Shown piece after piece: positions 38,752-52,675 of a stretch of DNA of 64,000 nucleotides (position 1 is its first letter; every line of letters starts with the position of its first letter). The DNA is from Octopus sinensis. Its lineage: Eukaryota. The stretch lies in assembly GCF_006345805.1 (NCBI RefSeq), contig NC_043019.1, positions 17,917,360 to 17,981,359 of the forward strand, written 5' to 3'. The notes under the pieces were generated by a model. The model was not told the origin of the DNA and searched no databases. It saw only the letters and a list, made by a program, of their open reading frames with translations. The translations under genes and the position numbers were made by a program.

Positions 38752-39133
38752 GAGAAGAAGAAGAAGAAGGAGGAGAAGGAGAAGAAGAAGAAGAAGAAGA
38801 AGAAGAGAAGAAGAAGAAGAAGAAGAAGAAAAGAAGAAGAAGAAGAAGAAGAAGAAGAAGAAGAAGAAGAGGAGAAGAAGAAGAAGAAGAAGAAGAAGAA
38901 AGAAGGAGAAGAAGAAGAAGAAGAAGAAGAAGAAGAAGAAGAAGAAGAAGAAGAAGAAGAAGAAGGTGGAGAAGAAGGAGAAGAAGAAGAAGAAGAAGAA
39001 GAAGAAGAAGGAGAAGAAGAAGAAGAAGAAGAAGAAGAAGAAGAAGAAGAAGGAGGAGGAGAAGAAGGAGAAGAAGAAGAAGAAGAAGAAGAAGAAAAGA
39101 AGAAGAAGAAGAAGAAGAAGAAGAAGAAGAAGA
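38752..39133 (+). repeat. (GAA)n trinucleotide array, about 380 bp
   Basis: Direct reading with GGA interruptions. Confidence 0.95.
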
Positions 39134-39310
39134 AAAAGAGTGTAGAAGCATCTTCGGATTTCTGCTTTGAATGTTAGAAGAAATGTTTAATTTGATGTTT
39201 TTTTAAATTCTTAATTAAGAAAACGTTTTTTTAATTATTAGAAACCGATTAGGTAGATTCCAATTACAATTCCAATACTATTTTCACACTTATTACACAC
39301 TATTTACAAA

Positions 39311-39540
39311 GGTGGCGAGCTGGCAGAGTGGTTAGCACGCCGGGCAAAATGCGTAGCCGTATTTCGTCTGCCGTTATGTTCTGAGTTCAAATTCCGCCGA
39401 GGTCGACTTTGCCTTTCATCCTCTCGGGGTCGATAAATAAAGTACCAGTTTCTCACTGGGTTGATGTAATCGACTTATCCCTTTGTCTGTCCTTGTTTGT
39501 CCTCTCTATGTTTAGCCCCTTGTGGGTAGTAAAGAAATAT
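39311..39540 (+). mobile_element. Full-length tRNA-derived SINE family B with a Nin/Deu-like central domain
   Basis: ggtggcgagctggcagagtggttagc head, gagttcaaattcc B-box, ttgcctttcatcctctcggggtcgataaa core; CpG-rich and so probably young. Confidence 0.85.
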
Positions 39541-39744
39541 ATTTACACACGTACACGCATGCACACACGCACACGCATACTCATACACACGCACACGCAT
39601 ACACGCACACACGTACAATTATCGTTTGGGCTTGAAATGCCTAAATATATTTAGTTTGCGTTTGTACTTTTATTTTAATCCTTGATAAAACGAAATTGAA
39701 ACATTTTAAAGTTCCAGGAAATGAAACAATGCTTTCCAATAAAA

Positions 39745-39780
<36 letters not shown>

Positions 39781-40634
39781 CGAGGAAAAGGGAGGTTGCC
39801 TTGACGTGGTCATCCGACCCTTACGTACTAGAAATAGCAGCCAGATTCCCTTAGTTCATAACCTACTGTCTTAAATTTGGGAAAGGCACATAAATTAATA
39901 TCTCATATATTTATAAAAAAGGTGTGGTCATGGCTGGAATGCCGCTGATTATAGGTTTTCTGGATTCGGTTTGACTGGAGTTAAACAACCACTATGGCAC
40001 TACCAGAAATTCCTCTGCCAAAGTCGCTAACCACGAAAAGACAACCGCCGCCGGCACCGTCTTTATATCCTTACTGCAATATTAACAGTGGAACCCTAAG
40101 ACTGTAAAACCTATTAAACCCCACCACCATACCATTAGGGGCACAGTGGAAGCAGCATCATCATCACCATCACCACCATCGTTGCCATCATCTCAACAAC
40201 AACAACAACAACAGCACTATCACAAAAAACACTGCCACTGTTACTACAACATTACCAGAACTATTCAACACCACCACCACCACCACCTCAGCAACACATT
40301 AGTAACACAACCATTGCACCACCACCACCACCACCACCACCACCACCATCACCACCACCACCACCACCACCTCCACCACCACCATCATCATCATCATCAT
40401 CATCATCATTTTGTATATCTCTGATCAGTTGTATGTTTATTCTGTCTACAGCTGAGTCACACACCTAAATGTAGTAAACAGTAATAGATCTGTTCTCTCT
40501 CTCCCTCTCTCACTCCTCTCTCTCTTTCTCTCCGTTGCCCCTCCCCCATATTCTCTTTATCTAGCTTTTACTCAAACACTTACCTTACTCTCTCTCTCTC
40601 TCTCTCTGTTTTTCATATATTCTCTCCCATTCTG

Positions 40635-40676
<42 letters not shown>

Positions 40677-41710
40677 TTCTCCCTCTCTTCCACTGTTTAT
40701 TCTTTCCTTTCTCTCCCCCCCCATTCAACACACACAATGTCTGTCTGTCTGTCTTTTCCCTGCTTCCTTTACATAGACTTGTCTTCTCAAAACAAAGAGA
40801 GAGCCACTTGCTGGCTTCACAACCTATTAGAAATAGCAACCAAATATCCTTCAAATCACATCCCTACACTAAAGTGGAAGGACACTTTGGATAATATAGT
40901 TGCAGGTAGATGAAAATAGATGGGATGGCCATTTCTGGAACATCTTTAATCACAGAACTGTTCAATCAGAACTGACCTGTGGCTTAACAACAGCAACAAC
41001 AACAACAACAATCCCTTTCTCCTCATAATGTCTGTCTGTCTGTTTGTCTTTCTTTCTTTCTCTTTTATGCAAGGAATGAAGCTTGAAATATAACCGAAAC
41101 TAATATTCAACATGATACCATCCACCACCACCACCACCATCACCACCACCACCATCACCACCACAACCACCACCACCACCACCACCACCACCACCACCAC
41201 CACCACCACCACCACCACCACCACCACCGGCAACAACAACAACAACAAGCATCAATACTCAAACTAATGAAGTGGAGGGCCTCTATGTAGTTGCTCAACC
41301 TACTAGAGATAGCAGCCAAATCTCCTTCAAAGCATGTACTGTCTTTAAAAACAAAATGAGACATTAGATAATGTAGTCCTCGATATATTATATCCACCAG
41401 CAAAAAGTCAGGATGGTCGGGGATGGCTTATCTCCGATTAGATTTGACTTGGAGGCTTAACAGCAACAACAACCATTTCCATGACTACCACCACAAACAA
41501 CAACTGCCACAAACAGCTACTCACTGCCTCCACCAACACCAGCAACAACAACATCTAGTAACATCTCTATCATCCCAGACACAGCTTCCCACCACCACCA
41601 CCACCATCCCAGACACATTGCCAAATTTTTCAGAAAAGATTCTTTTGGAACTAACAAACATTAATTTCCTCATAGACACAGGAAAGTGACCTAATTGTAA
41701 ACATTCTTTT

Positions 41711-41755
<45 letters not shown>

Positions 41756-42031
41756 AAATACAAGCACAAGACAAAGCTGAGTGGTTGAGAAGTTTTCTTT
41801 GAGAAGATCTGGCCCCAAAGATGACCAGACATTCGAGCCAAGGGTCATGCAGGTGCAATTTGGTAGACACAAATTTCCCAAAAGTTTCACATACATATCT
41901 ATATATATATATATACACACACACACGCATACACACTTACACAAACACACACAACACACCTATACAGATATATACATGTATACATGTATATAAATATATA
42001 TTATATAAATATATATATATATATATACATG

Positions 42032-42104
<73 letters not shown>

Positions 42105-42374
42105 CTTCATCATCATCATTATTGTCATTTACTGTCCACTTTCCATGCTGGCATGGTTAGATGGTTTCACTAGAAATGGTAAGCGAGAGAGCTGTGCCAG
42201 CTTCCAGTCTGATTTGGCCAGGTGTCTATGGCTGAATGCCCTTCCTAACACCAACAACCCTGAGAGTGTAATGGGTGCCTTTTACATGCCACTGGTATAG
42301 GTACCATTTACATGAGCCCAGCAATGGCCACAAGTGCGATTTCCTGACACTAGCAGCAGTCACGTATAGAATAC

Positions 42375-42546
42375 ATATTTTTATAAAACATATAACTTAT
42401 AACTAGATCTCAAAAAGTATAAAATGAATGATCAATATATAATATAATAAGTAATAATAATACTTCTTACTTATTATTTTATATATTGATCATTCATTTT
42501 ATACTTTTTAAGATCTGGTTATAAGTTTTATGTTTTATAAAAATAT
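42375..42546. repeat. Near-perfect palindrome: 80-bp arms, 4 mismatches, 12-nt loop
   Basis: Arms 42375-42454 and 42467-42546. Confidence 0.9.
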
Positions 42547-42703
42547 ATTTTATTTGTTATTTATGTTTTGGTTGATGTCTATCACTGTTTGAGTTGTATA
42601 ATAGTGGTTTTATCTCTAATTTATATTTTATATATTTATATGTGGAAATTTGATTTATACTAAATTGAATTTTTCCCTGTAAGTTTGGAGTTATACTCCC
42701 TAA

Positions 42704-42793
<90 letters not shown>

Positions 42794-43049
42794 ATAATAA
42801 ATAAATGCACCCTTTTAAAGCCTAGTCAGGCTCATGGGCCCAGTTTCCCGGTTTCTGTGGCATATGTGTTCCCCAGCTGGACGGGTCGTCAGTCCATTGC
42901 AGCGTTACTCATGTTTGCCAGCTGAGTGGACTGGAGCAATGTGAAATAAGTGTTTTGCTCAAGAATACAATGTGTCACCCAGTCCAAGAATTGAAATCAC
43001 TATCTTATGATCATGATGCTGACACCCTAACGACTAAGCCATGCACCTC

Positions 43050-43052
<3 letters not shown>

Positions 43053-43091
<39 letters not shown>

Positions 43092-43124
43092 TATATATAT
43101 ATTATATATATATATATATAATAT

Positions 43125-43175
<51 letters not shown>

Positions 43176-43446
43176 ATATATATATATATATATATAAATA
43201 TGTATATATATCGGGAAGCTTTATGAAAATAGACAAAAGACGAAGGCAGGTGGGAAACAAACAAACAATTGTATTAGTATGGCGCTCAGGAAATATAATA
43301 AAACAAGTCTTTAACGTTTTGAGCCTATGCTCTTCAACAGAAAGATACACAGAGAGAAAAAAACACAGAAGAAGGAGAGAAAAAAAATGCGTGCAGTAAC
43401 TAACGAATCAACATGGCGATCTCATGTATATATATATATATATATG

Positions 43447-43504
<58 letters not shown>

Positions 43505-43670
43505 CATATATATACTATATATATACATATATATATACAATATATATATACATATATATATACATATATATATATATAATATAATATATATATATATATA
43601 TAATATATATATATACACATATATATATACATATATATACATATATATACATATATATATATATATATAA
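43053..43670. repeat. (AT)n arrays flanking a probable PLE remnant
   Basis: Direct reading. Confidence 0.9.
43308..43345 (-). ncRNA. Variant or decayed hammerhead in a probable PLE remnant (about 43205-43425)
   Basis: tcttt-CTGTTGA-a-gagc atag gctc-AAAAC-GT-T-aaaga. Confidence 0.35.
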
Positions 43671-44011
43671 TAGAAATATTAAAATTACTAAGTCTCTATA
43701 TATGTATATAAAGTACCCACTACACTCTCGGAGTGGTTGTCATTTAGAAGGGCATCCAGGTGCAGAAACCTAGCCAGATCAGATTGGCACCTGGTGCAGC
43801 CTCCTGGTTTGCCACTCCTCAGTCAAACCGTCCAACCCATACTAGCATGGAAAGCAGACGTTAAATGATGATGATGATGATATACATTTTTTCCCTCTCT
43901 CATAGGAGGCACAAGCACTTGCACACGTACACACATGAATATATATATATAAATATATATACACACACACACACACACATACATACACATATATACATAT
44001 ACACGCACGCA

Positions 44012-44049
<38 letters not shown>

Positions 44050-44474
44050 CATACATACACAGCTGTTTCGTTAACAATAAACATTCATAATTGACATTAT
44101 ACATCATGCATTATATAATACATATCTATATAATGATGTATCGACAGTCTACGTGATTGTGAAATCATTGCATAATATGTATTAAATAAGACAGCAGCAT
44201 TTCCTTCTTCCATGCGTCTCTGCTCCCTTCATGCATGTCACATGATTTGTCAGACATACAACGTTGAAACAACTGTAAGCTATGGAATAAATGTAATACT
44301 GATGACTTCACTCTTCACTTATTATTATTTATGCCTCCATGACAGAGGGGAGCCTTCTTAACCTTCTGTTTCTATTTAATGGACATTTCTACGGGAGAAA
44401 TTTTCTTTGCAGAACACATTTAGATTGCCAGTCTTTGCAGAAGTGCTGCTGGAGGAAACTGCCTGAATTCCTGG

Positions 44475-44524
<50 letters not shown>

Positions 44525-45410
44525 CTTAATTACAAACATACATAACCGAACTTGGATTTGTAGAGAAAGAACATAGCTCCTTAATTCCTCAGCTACAAAT
44601 GGTTGCAATATCTGGAACCTTCAAAATTGGTAAAACATTCTCAGGATTCAAAGAATGAACACTTACACAAGATATGGTGACAATTTCCTTTTTCTTTTTT
44701 GCCACCAGGAGGGGGGGCTGGGGGGTCAAAAGTAAACTAAAAATTAAGAGAAAGAGAGAACTTACATATATACATACATGCATACACACATATATATATA
44801 CATATATACAGGCATACATACATGCATGCATTCATAAACTTGTGTATATACGCTCACACTCACGTTCACACACACACACACACATATTGTCCTAGTTTCT
44901 GCCATTATGTTAATGTCCAGTTTCCCATACTTGCATGTGTCAGACAAAATTCGTTGAGGTAGATATTTCTCTTTCCCTGTCATCAATTCTCATCTCTTTC
45001 CAACCAAATATTTCCTCATGGCTGGATATGCTTTCCCACAACATTGCAATTGAACAAAACTGCTTGTGTAAGACTTGTTTACAACTGTCAATGTCATGTC
45101 AAGACAAGGATGCATAAACACACACACATGTGCATATGTACACACACCAACACACACACATACATGCATATGCACACACACCAACACACACACATACATA
45201 CATATGCACACACACCAACACACACACAGAGACACAATCTTCTTTCAGATTCTGTCAACTAAATCCACTCACGAGACTTTGGTCTGTCCAGGGTTATAGT
45301 AGAAGAGGTATGCCTGAGGTACCTTGCAGGAGAACTGGATCTTCAACAAAGTGATTGGGATGTCACCTATTTAACCACATAGCTATGCCTGGGCACATTA
45401 TATTTATATT

Positions 45411-45444
<34 letters not shown>

Positions 45445-45616
45445 TGTGTATGTATGTGCATTATGATAAAGAAGAGAGAGAGAACAAGTGAAGAGTGTGT
45501 GTGTGTGTGTGTGTGTGGATGTGGTGAGCCTGATGTGTGGGCGAGAGCCATTCTTTGCAGCAAGAGAAGAGAGAGAGAAAAAGAAATGAAAGGCAAAAAG
45601 CAAAGAGAATCCTCAC

Positions 45617-45707
45617 CAAATGTGTGAAAGGAACAGCAGATGTCATCCATACAACAGATGGACAGGTTTGATGCCGAAACAGAGTGACACATGTTCTGTG
45701 TGTCCAT
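45617..45707 (-). other. Candidate upstream exon of the same gene (UTR or short coding [10 protein letters not shown]...)
   Basis: Unique sequence between microsatellites ending in a TTG|GTGAGG donor; phase 1 from ATG 45707 does not match the phase-0 acceptor at 35427. Confidence 0.3.
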
Positions 45708-45786
45708 GGAGCTTATACACACATGCAGCAGCTCTGTCTCTCCATCTGTCGGTCTGTCTCTCTCTCTCTCTTTGCATATACGCTTA

Positions 45787-45832
<46 letters not shown>

Positions 45833-45863
45833 TCACACACACACACATAAACAGGCACACACA

Positions 45864-45917
<54 letters not shown>

Positions 45918-46055
45918 TACATAGATACACATGTACATACAGTGAGAGTGAGGAAGATAGAAAGAGAAGATAGGGACTGAGACACAGATATAGTTGTACA
46001 TTGCTACACACTTATGAATATATGGCAAGGAGCATGTGTGTGTGTGTGTGTGTGT

Positions 46056-46100
<45 letters not shown>

Positions 46101-48280
46101 AAGAAAGTTTTGGTAGGAATGTACACACACACACACACATGAACAGAGAAATATCATACACATAGAAACAGATGTTTGTGTCATTGCAGAGAGGCAGGGT
46201 GGTGGGTGGAGAGACACGACAGTGGTGGCGGTGGTGGTGGCGGCGGCGGTGGTGGTGGCGGAGGTGGCGGCGGCGGCGGCGGTGGTAGTAGTGGTGTTGG
46301 TGGTGGTGGTGGTGGTGGTGGTGGTGTCAATGAAGAAGAATAGAAAGAGAGAGCAACAGAGTCAATAGAGGTCTAACAAAGGGACCACTGAGAAGCTTAG
46401 GCAGGGTTCTAGCCTTAATCCCTGTTGTTGCTGTTGTTGTTGTCATTTATTCTCATTGATTTCACTTGGAATGTTTGAACCTTTGAAATAATATATTTCC
46501 TGGGTGCAGATGCTGCTAATCCCTGCTTTAGCCCTTATTACCTATGAAATCCTTCTCTGTTAGTTACCTGTGATCCCATTACACCACTCGTGCATTAATC
46601 CTTTATGCTTGGGTAATCCCTATTGTGTTCTTACCAATTCCTTTTCTGTTTATCAAGAATGGTTGCCACCAAGATGGCAGGAAAGTCTTTACTTTAATGA
46701 TAGTTTCAACTAGAATAATTCTAGGATTCTAGGTTTGGTATCCTTGTTTGGAAACTCTTCACAAGTTCTCTGACTGATTCCTTTGGGAGAATTGATTCAT
46801 CAACGTTCAGGACTTCTAATGGACAACTGGTCAAAACAGAACGATTTGGCCCTGGCCGACTGGACACTCAACCCGTTTTGGTGACAACACTTTGGTGCTG
46901 GAGGCAAAACACACGCACACATACACACACACACACGTACACACACACACACACATGCGTGTTCATTGAAGAATGTAGCCAGCACAAAGAAAGAGCTGTG
47001 AAGATGTATTTAGGCCAGATCTGATGATATTGGCACAAGGCCAGCAATGAGGGAGTAAGTCAATTACATCAACCCCAGAGCTTTACTGGCCCCAAAAGCA
47101 AAGTCAACCTTGACGTGCCCAGTTTGCTAATGGTTCTGTGAGGTCCCCACTTTGACAGATCTGTTAATGTCAGTTCCTTCAGCACTGAGATGTTTTCACA
47201 ATCTAAACTATAAACAAGAAATGATGGTCAGTTCTAAAACTTGTTTCTTATCAATTTGTTACCAAAGTATTGCTGTTGCTGGGGCTGAGGCACCTGAGTT
47301 TTTCCAAGTTGCAGGAATGCTATGGGAACCAATCTCTTCCACTCTTCTCATTAGTGGGGCTGAGAAGACTCCCACTGGTCTGGGAAATAATTAAAGTTTG
47401 GTGCAACTTGCAGGTAACTGCTTCACTTGTTTCGTAATCTTTTTGGCACCAGCCGGCTCTTCCGAATTTGGTTGACGTTGAGTGTGAAAGTTGTGTGCTT
47501 GATCCTGTTGGCTACTTGCACCCCTTGTTAGCAGACAAGCTGATATTTGGTGGCTAGTTTAGTGCCCAGCATAGGTTTGGTTTTGATGTTTAGCTTCTGA
47601 AAATACTTCAGGCCTAATCTGTGGCTGACCCCAATGTGAGACCTTCATTAAATCACTGCTCTCATATTGAAAATGGAGTTGTTGTTGTTGCAGTCTTTGG
47701 CTGCATCCAGTTGACTGATAAAGACTGCACCCCCCCCCCTGCCCCCAACACACTGGAGCTCACAGGTCACTGTTTCTATATAATTATTTGATTTGTTAGA
47801 AATAGCACCAAAATCTTCCTCAAATTACAGCCTGCCGTTTAGAAATAAGAGAGACACATTTGATTGTGTAGTTCTGGTCACTCTCTGTTCAAATAAAGCC
47901 AGAATATTTGGTCAAAGGTCAAATGTGAGTTACAACAACAACAACAACCACAACTAGTTTGATGCCACCACAACCAACAACACCAAGACCACTAATCCTC
48001 TAATAAAAGATGATATGGTCATGGCTGGAATGTCTTTGACTGTAAGTCTACTTGATGAAGCCTGACCTGGGGCTAAAAACAAAATCAACCTCTGTTTCTT
48101 TTTCCTGTCTTTTCTCTTCTGATTGTAATAGCCCTTGCTCCCCACAAATAACCCCTTTATCCAAAATCCACCCCCTCCCCCGCTGCAAGAAACATCTGCT
48201 GCTGCTTCTCACAAACAAATGAGAGAACTTCTACATGGTCATGCAACCTGCTAGAAATAGGAGCCAAATTCCACTGAAGA

Positions 48281-49250
48281 TTAGATGATGTGGTCGAGGG
48301 TTCTCTGCACATTGAGTAAAAATGGGTTCATTAGAGGTGGAATGCTTTTGANNNNNNNNNNNNNNNNNNNNNNNNNNNNNNNNNNNNNNNNNNNNNNNNN
48401 NNNNNNNNNNNNNNNNNNNNNNNNNNNNNNNNNNNNNNNNNNNNNNNNNNNTCGACGACCCACTGCGGTTGCTCCATGTCCACGTTGGTGCATTTGGGTG
48501 GTCGAGTCGGTACCTGTCAGACAGTTGGAATCGTCTGAGCAGGTCTCTGAGGCATTTGCATCCCCTTCTGTTTCTGTCTCGTAGTCTACATGCGTGTCCA
48601 AGGTAGCATTCTTTCCAGGACCCTGTCTATGTGCCTTATCTAAGTCTAGCGTACACGTCACCAATTTGTGATCCATGTAGCTGACTGTGTGGAATTGTGG
48701 ACATCCTAAGTTATCCTTGTCTACTGTCCTACACAGTATCCTATCTAGATACGATCTCGACGACCCACTGCGGTTGCTCCATGTCCACGTTGGTGCATTT
48801 GGGTGGTCGAGTCGGTACCTGTCTGTCAGACAGTTGGAATCGTCTGAGCAGGTCTCTGAGGCATTTGCAAATCCCCTTCTTGTTTCTGTCTCGTAGTCTA
48901 CATGCGTGTCCAAGGTAGCATTCCCAATCCCCCACTAAGAGTAAGGACGAGACGTTCCCAAGAATACTTCTAGACGTCGAAGAAATCCGCCCGACCTGTT
49001 AAGGGCGGGCGTAGACTGATACGAGTCGAAAAGCGCACCCATTGCTGCCGTCAACATCCAAAACGATCAGTCATACCCTCCGGTCTAACGAATATCGTCT
49101 TGACTTCGAGATCCAGGCTCTTGTGAAAAAGTACCGCGGTGCCACTACCGCCCATCCTCGGCAGACAGGGAGCGAAATAAATGTTAAACTGTCCGCCAAA
49201 CATGGACTTTAGGGCCCGGGCTCGTGGAGTCTGGTCTCACTTATGGCTAT
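48281..49250 (-). mobile_element. L1/Tx1-type LINE fragment, APE endonuclease domain, frameshifted, with an internal duplication and gap
   Basis: GGSGTAVLFHKSL, LIVLDV, FRLVSVYA, LLVGDWNATLD, TWTWSN, SYLDRI and DHKLV endonuclease motifs. Confidence 0.8.
48352..48451. other. Assembly gap (100 N)
   Basis: Run of exactly 100 N. Confidence 1.
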
Positions 49251-49768
49251 GATTCCCAAATCATGTGACTTGATTCATTTAGGAGGTATCCTTGTTTCCA
49301 AGAGACCCCAAGCCACGCGCATTCACACAACCAATCTTGACCATGATTCTATTGGGGTGTGTGCTTTAAAACACACAATGAAAGTACAGAGAGTTACTTA
49401 CTTGTGTCGAAAGTTTTGGCTTCCTCGTTCTTTGATGTGTCCTTCAAGGAGGTTTCTATATATTTTTTGGGACAGATATTTCTGGAAACCCCCACAGCAT
49501 TTGGGAAGAGGGCTTTGAGTTGTGTGTGTTGTGTTTGTGTGATGTGTAGTATTTTGATGTGTTTGGGTGGTGTAGTGCGTGGATGATTGCTATTTTTAAA
49601 GTCATCTTCACAAATGTTTGTGTATCCTGTGATGTACTCCATTAGTTTGGAGTCTTTTGTGTCTATCGCTGATAGCATTGTTTTTGTGGTGTTGGTGCTT
49701 GTTTTGTTGTGTATGGAGTTTTCAGGGTTCAGGTATCTCCCTGCTTTGGTTGCGATTTCTTGTTTGGT

Positions 49769-49826
<58 letters not shown>

Positions 49827-51004
49827 CGGCAGCCGGGTGGAGAGAAATGATGAAATACAGGTGAAAGATAGGTAAGTGAGGAAAGGGGTGAAGGTTAGAG
49901 GTAAATGAGAAAGATGTTGCTTTTTAGGCTCTTGGAAACTCTGAACTGGTTGACCTTTGATCAATAATGTTCCAGCCTTGGCCATCCCATGTTTTTAGAT
50001 TTCTAGGACTTGATTGTCGAACATGGCCTTCCAGTTTTTGTTTTTCAGGTGACTTGAGGGAGGTTTGTAGCTTTTCTTGGAGTGTGGTAGAGGCATTCCA
50101 GGAAGATTTGCTACAAGTGATTTAGTGGGGGGGGGGGCACTGAGGAAACTGGTGGAGATGGTGGTAGTGGTGTGCCATGGTTGTTGCTGTTGTTGTTGTT
50201 GCTTAGCCCCAATATTAGTAATCATGTCAATGGTGGTGGTGGTGGGGGGGGGGCATTGGTTGGTCCAGGGCTCTAGCAGAAGATATTCACCCAGGGTGTC
50301 ACTTAGTGGGACTGAACCCAAATCCACATAGTTGCAAAGTGAGCTTCTTAACCACACAGCCATGCCTTGTGGTAATTGATCCATCCTTGTGTTTTGAGCT
50401 CAAACCCTGTTGAGCCCAGCTTTGCCTTTCACCCCTTTCAAATCAATAAAAAACAAAATACAGCTCCATAATTAAAAAAAAACTGGGAGCAATGTTGGAC
50501 CATCAAAGCAGATACCTTGTGGTTACTGCTCCATCTCTTCAAATTTCCGTTCAGTGTCAATAACAAAGGTTAATCGTCTCATCCAACCTGAATTTGGCAA
50601 ATGTCCACTTGCAAGCCTTCCTCTACAAATGAAATCCAACGGTGGATCAACGAGGATTAAGACAGCATCCTCATAATTAAACAGCTTAAAACACTCAGCC
50701 ATCAAATAATCCTTTCCATTCTAGGCACAAGGCCTGAAATATTGGGGGAGGGGAGTAGTCGATTATATCAACTCCAATATGCAACTGGTACTTAATTTAT
50801 CAACCCCAAAAGGAGGAAAAGCTAAGTCGACCTCGGCAGAATTTGAACTCAGAACATAAGGACAGGTGAAAAATTGCTAAGCATTTTGCCTGGTGTGCTA
50901 ACGACTCTGCCAGCTGCCCCCCCCCCTGCCTTCATCATCCATCCATGAAATAATGACCTGAGACTCATTCGTCTCCTTTTTGTTATCTTCTAATTGCTAC
51001 TTTG

Positions 51005-51420
51005 TTTCAGTCTTGTTTCACTGTGGCCATGCTGGGGCACCACCTTCAAGAATTCTTTAATCAAATGAATCAGTACCAAGACTTATGTTTTTTTTTGTTT
51101 TTAAAAACCTGTTACTTATTCTGTCAGTCTCGTTTGCTGAACTGCTAAGACAGAGGGACGTAAACGCACCATCACTGGTTGTCAAGTGATGATTGGGCCC
51201 AAAGACAGACACAAAGACACACACACACACCCGTAGCTATACATAAATATATAGATAGATATATGATGGGCTTCTTTCAGTTTCCATCTGCCAAATCCAC
51301 TTATAAGGCTTTGATCGGCCCGGGGCTACATTAGAAGACACTTGCTCAAAGAGCCACACTGAACCTGGAACCATATCGTTGGGAACTGGGAACCATGTGG
51401 CAACTAGGAAGGTCAAAGAA
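51005..51420 (-). mobile_element. SINE family A
   Basis: Shared body motifs. Confidence 0.75.
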
Positions 51421-52675
51421 CATAATGAAGAAGAATATATTGAAAATGTTTGACCTGCTACAAATAATAGTTAAATCTTTTTCAAATCATATTCTACCAT
51501 CTTAGAAAAGAGAACACATGATACTGTAGTCTAAGGTAGATTATGCCTGAAAAACAAAAGACTGGATGGTCATGGTTAGAATGTTCTTGATCTCAGTTCT
51601 GGTCAATCAAAACTGCTTTGATCTGACACTCCAGCCATGACCATCACATCATTGCTTTGTCTAATGTGCTTCATTTATTGATGATGGTAGTGATGTTTAT
51701 GATGGTAGTGATTTGGTTACTATTTCTAGCAGTTACTGTGACTACATAGAGGATGTTAAGCTGTAGGTCATTCTTGATGAAACAGACTTATTATTAAAGA
51801 TATTCCAGCCATGACTGTCTAGCCTTTTGTCCAATGTATATATTTATACACCCCACCACTCACACATATACAGGAACAGATTGAGGGAGCTTCGGCTGCT
51901 ATTGTCGTTGGTTGAGTAAGCACGTAGTCTCGCTCCGGTAGGGAAGTTGATCTTATCAATAGTGTTGTTTAGCCCAAGGTCAGACCTGCCTGTACTGACT
52001 GATGATCAAAAGGTTTTCCTGTCATGATCCATCACCACTTCTTATTTGGCATAGTCTACCTAGGAGTTGCATTAGCCTGTGTGTCTGCCCTTTTATAAGA
52101 TGGATTTGGCTGCCATATCTAGCAGGTCAAACTGAACTGAAAATGATAAAAAGAGAAGGTGGAGGCGAAGGGGGAGAGAAGATGGGGATGATGATGAAGA
52201 AGAGGCAGAAGAGGAAGGCACAATGAAAATAACGATAATGATGATAGTGGATGAGGATGACAATGATGATGATGATGAAGAGGAGGGGGAGGAGGAGACT
52301 GCTGCTAGCAATGCTGATGAGTGTTAGGATGGTAATGACAGCAATGAGGAGGGGGGGGAGAAGAAGAGGATGATGACAACGACAGTGATGGTGATGATGA
52401 TGATGGTGATGATGAAAGAAAAGAAGTGGAGCAGCAGAGGTTGGGGGGGAGGGGCTGCTTGGGAGATGATGGGGTGGGGAGCTAGTTGAAGTGATGATGA
52501 TGATGATGATGATGATGATGGTAGAGGAGGGTGAGTGGAGAGAGAGAAAAGAGTGAGGTGAGGGCAGCAGTAAGAGTGAAAGAAGCTGGGTGGCCAAAAG
52601 GGGTGGAATGGCCAGTGGTGGGTGGGGAGGAGGGGAAGAGGGGATGAAGGAAAAAAGAAGATGCAAGGTAGGAGG

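Noticed and set aside
38679-39170. Poly-Arg/Glu/Lys ORF
   Set aside because: GAA microsatellite
44150-44272. Possible exon linking 45617 to 35427
   Set aside because: Stop codon in the required phase; could only be UTR and has no independent support
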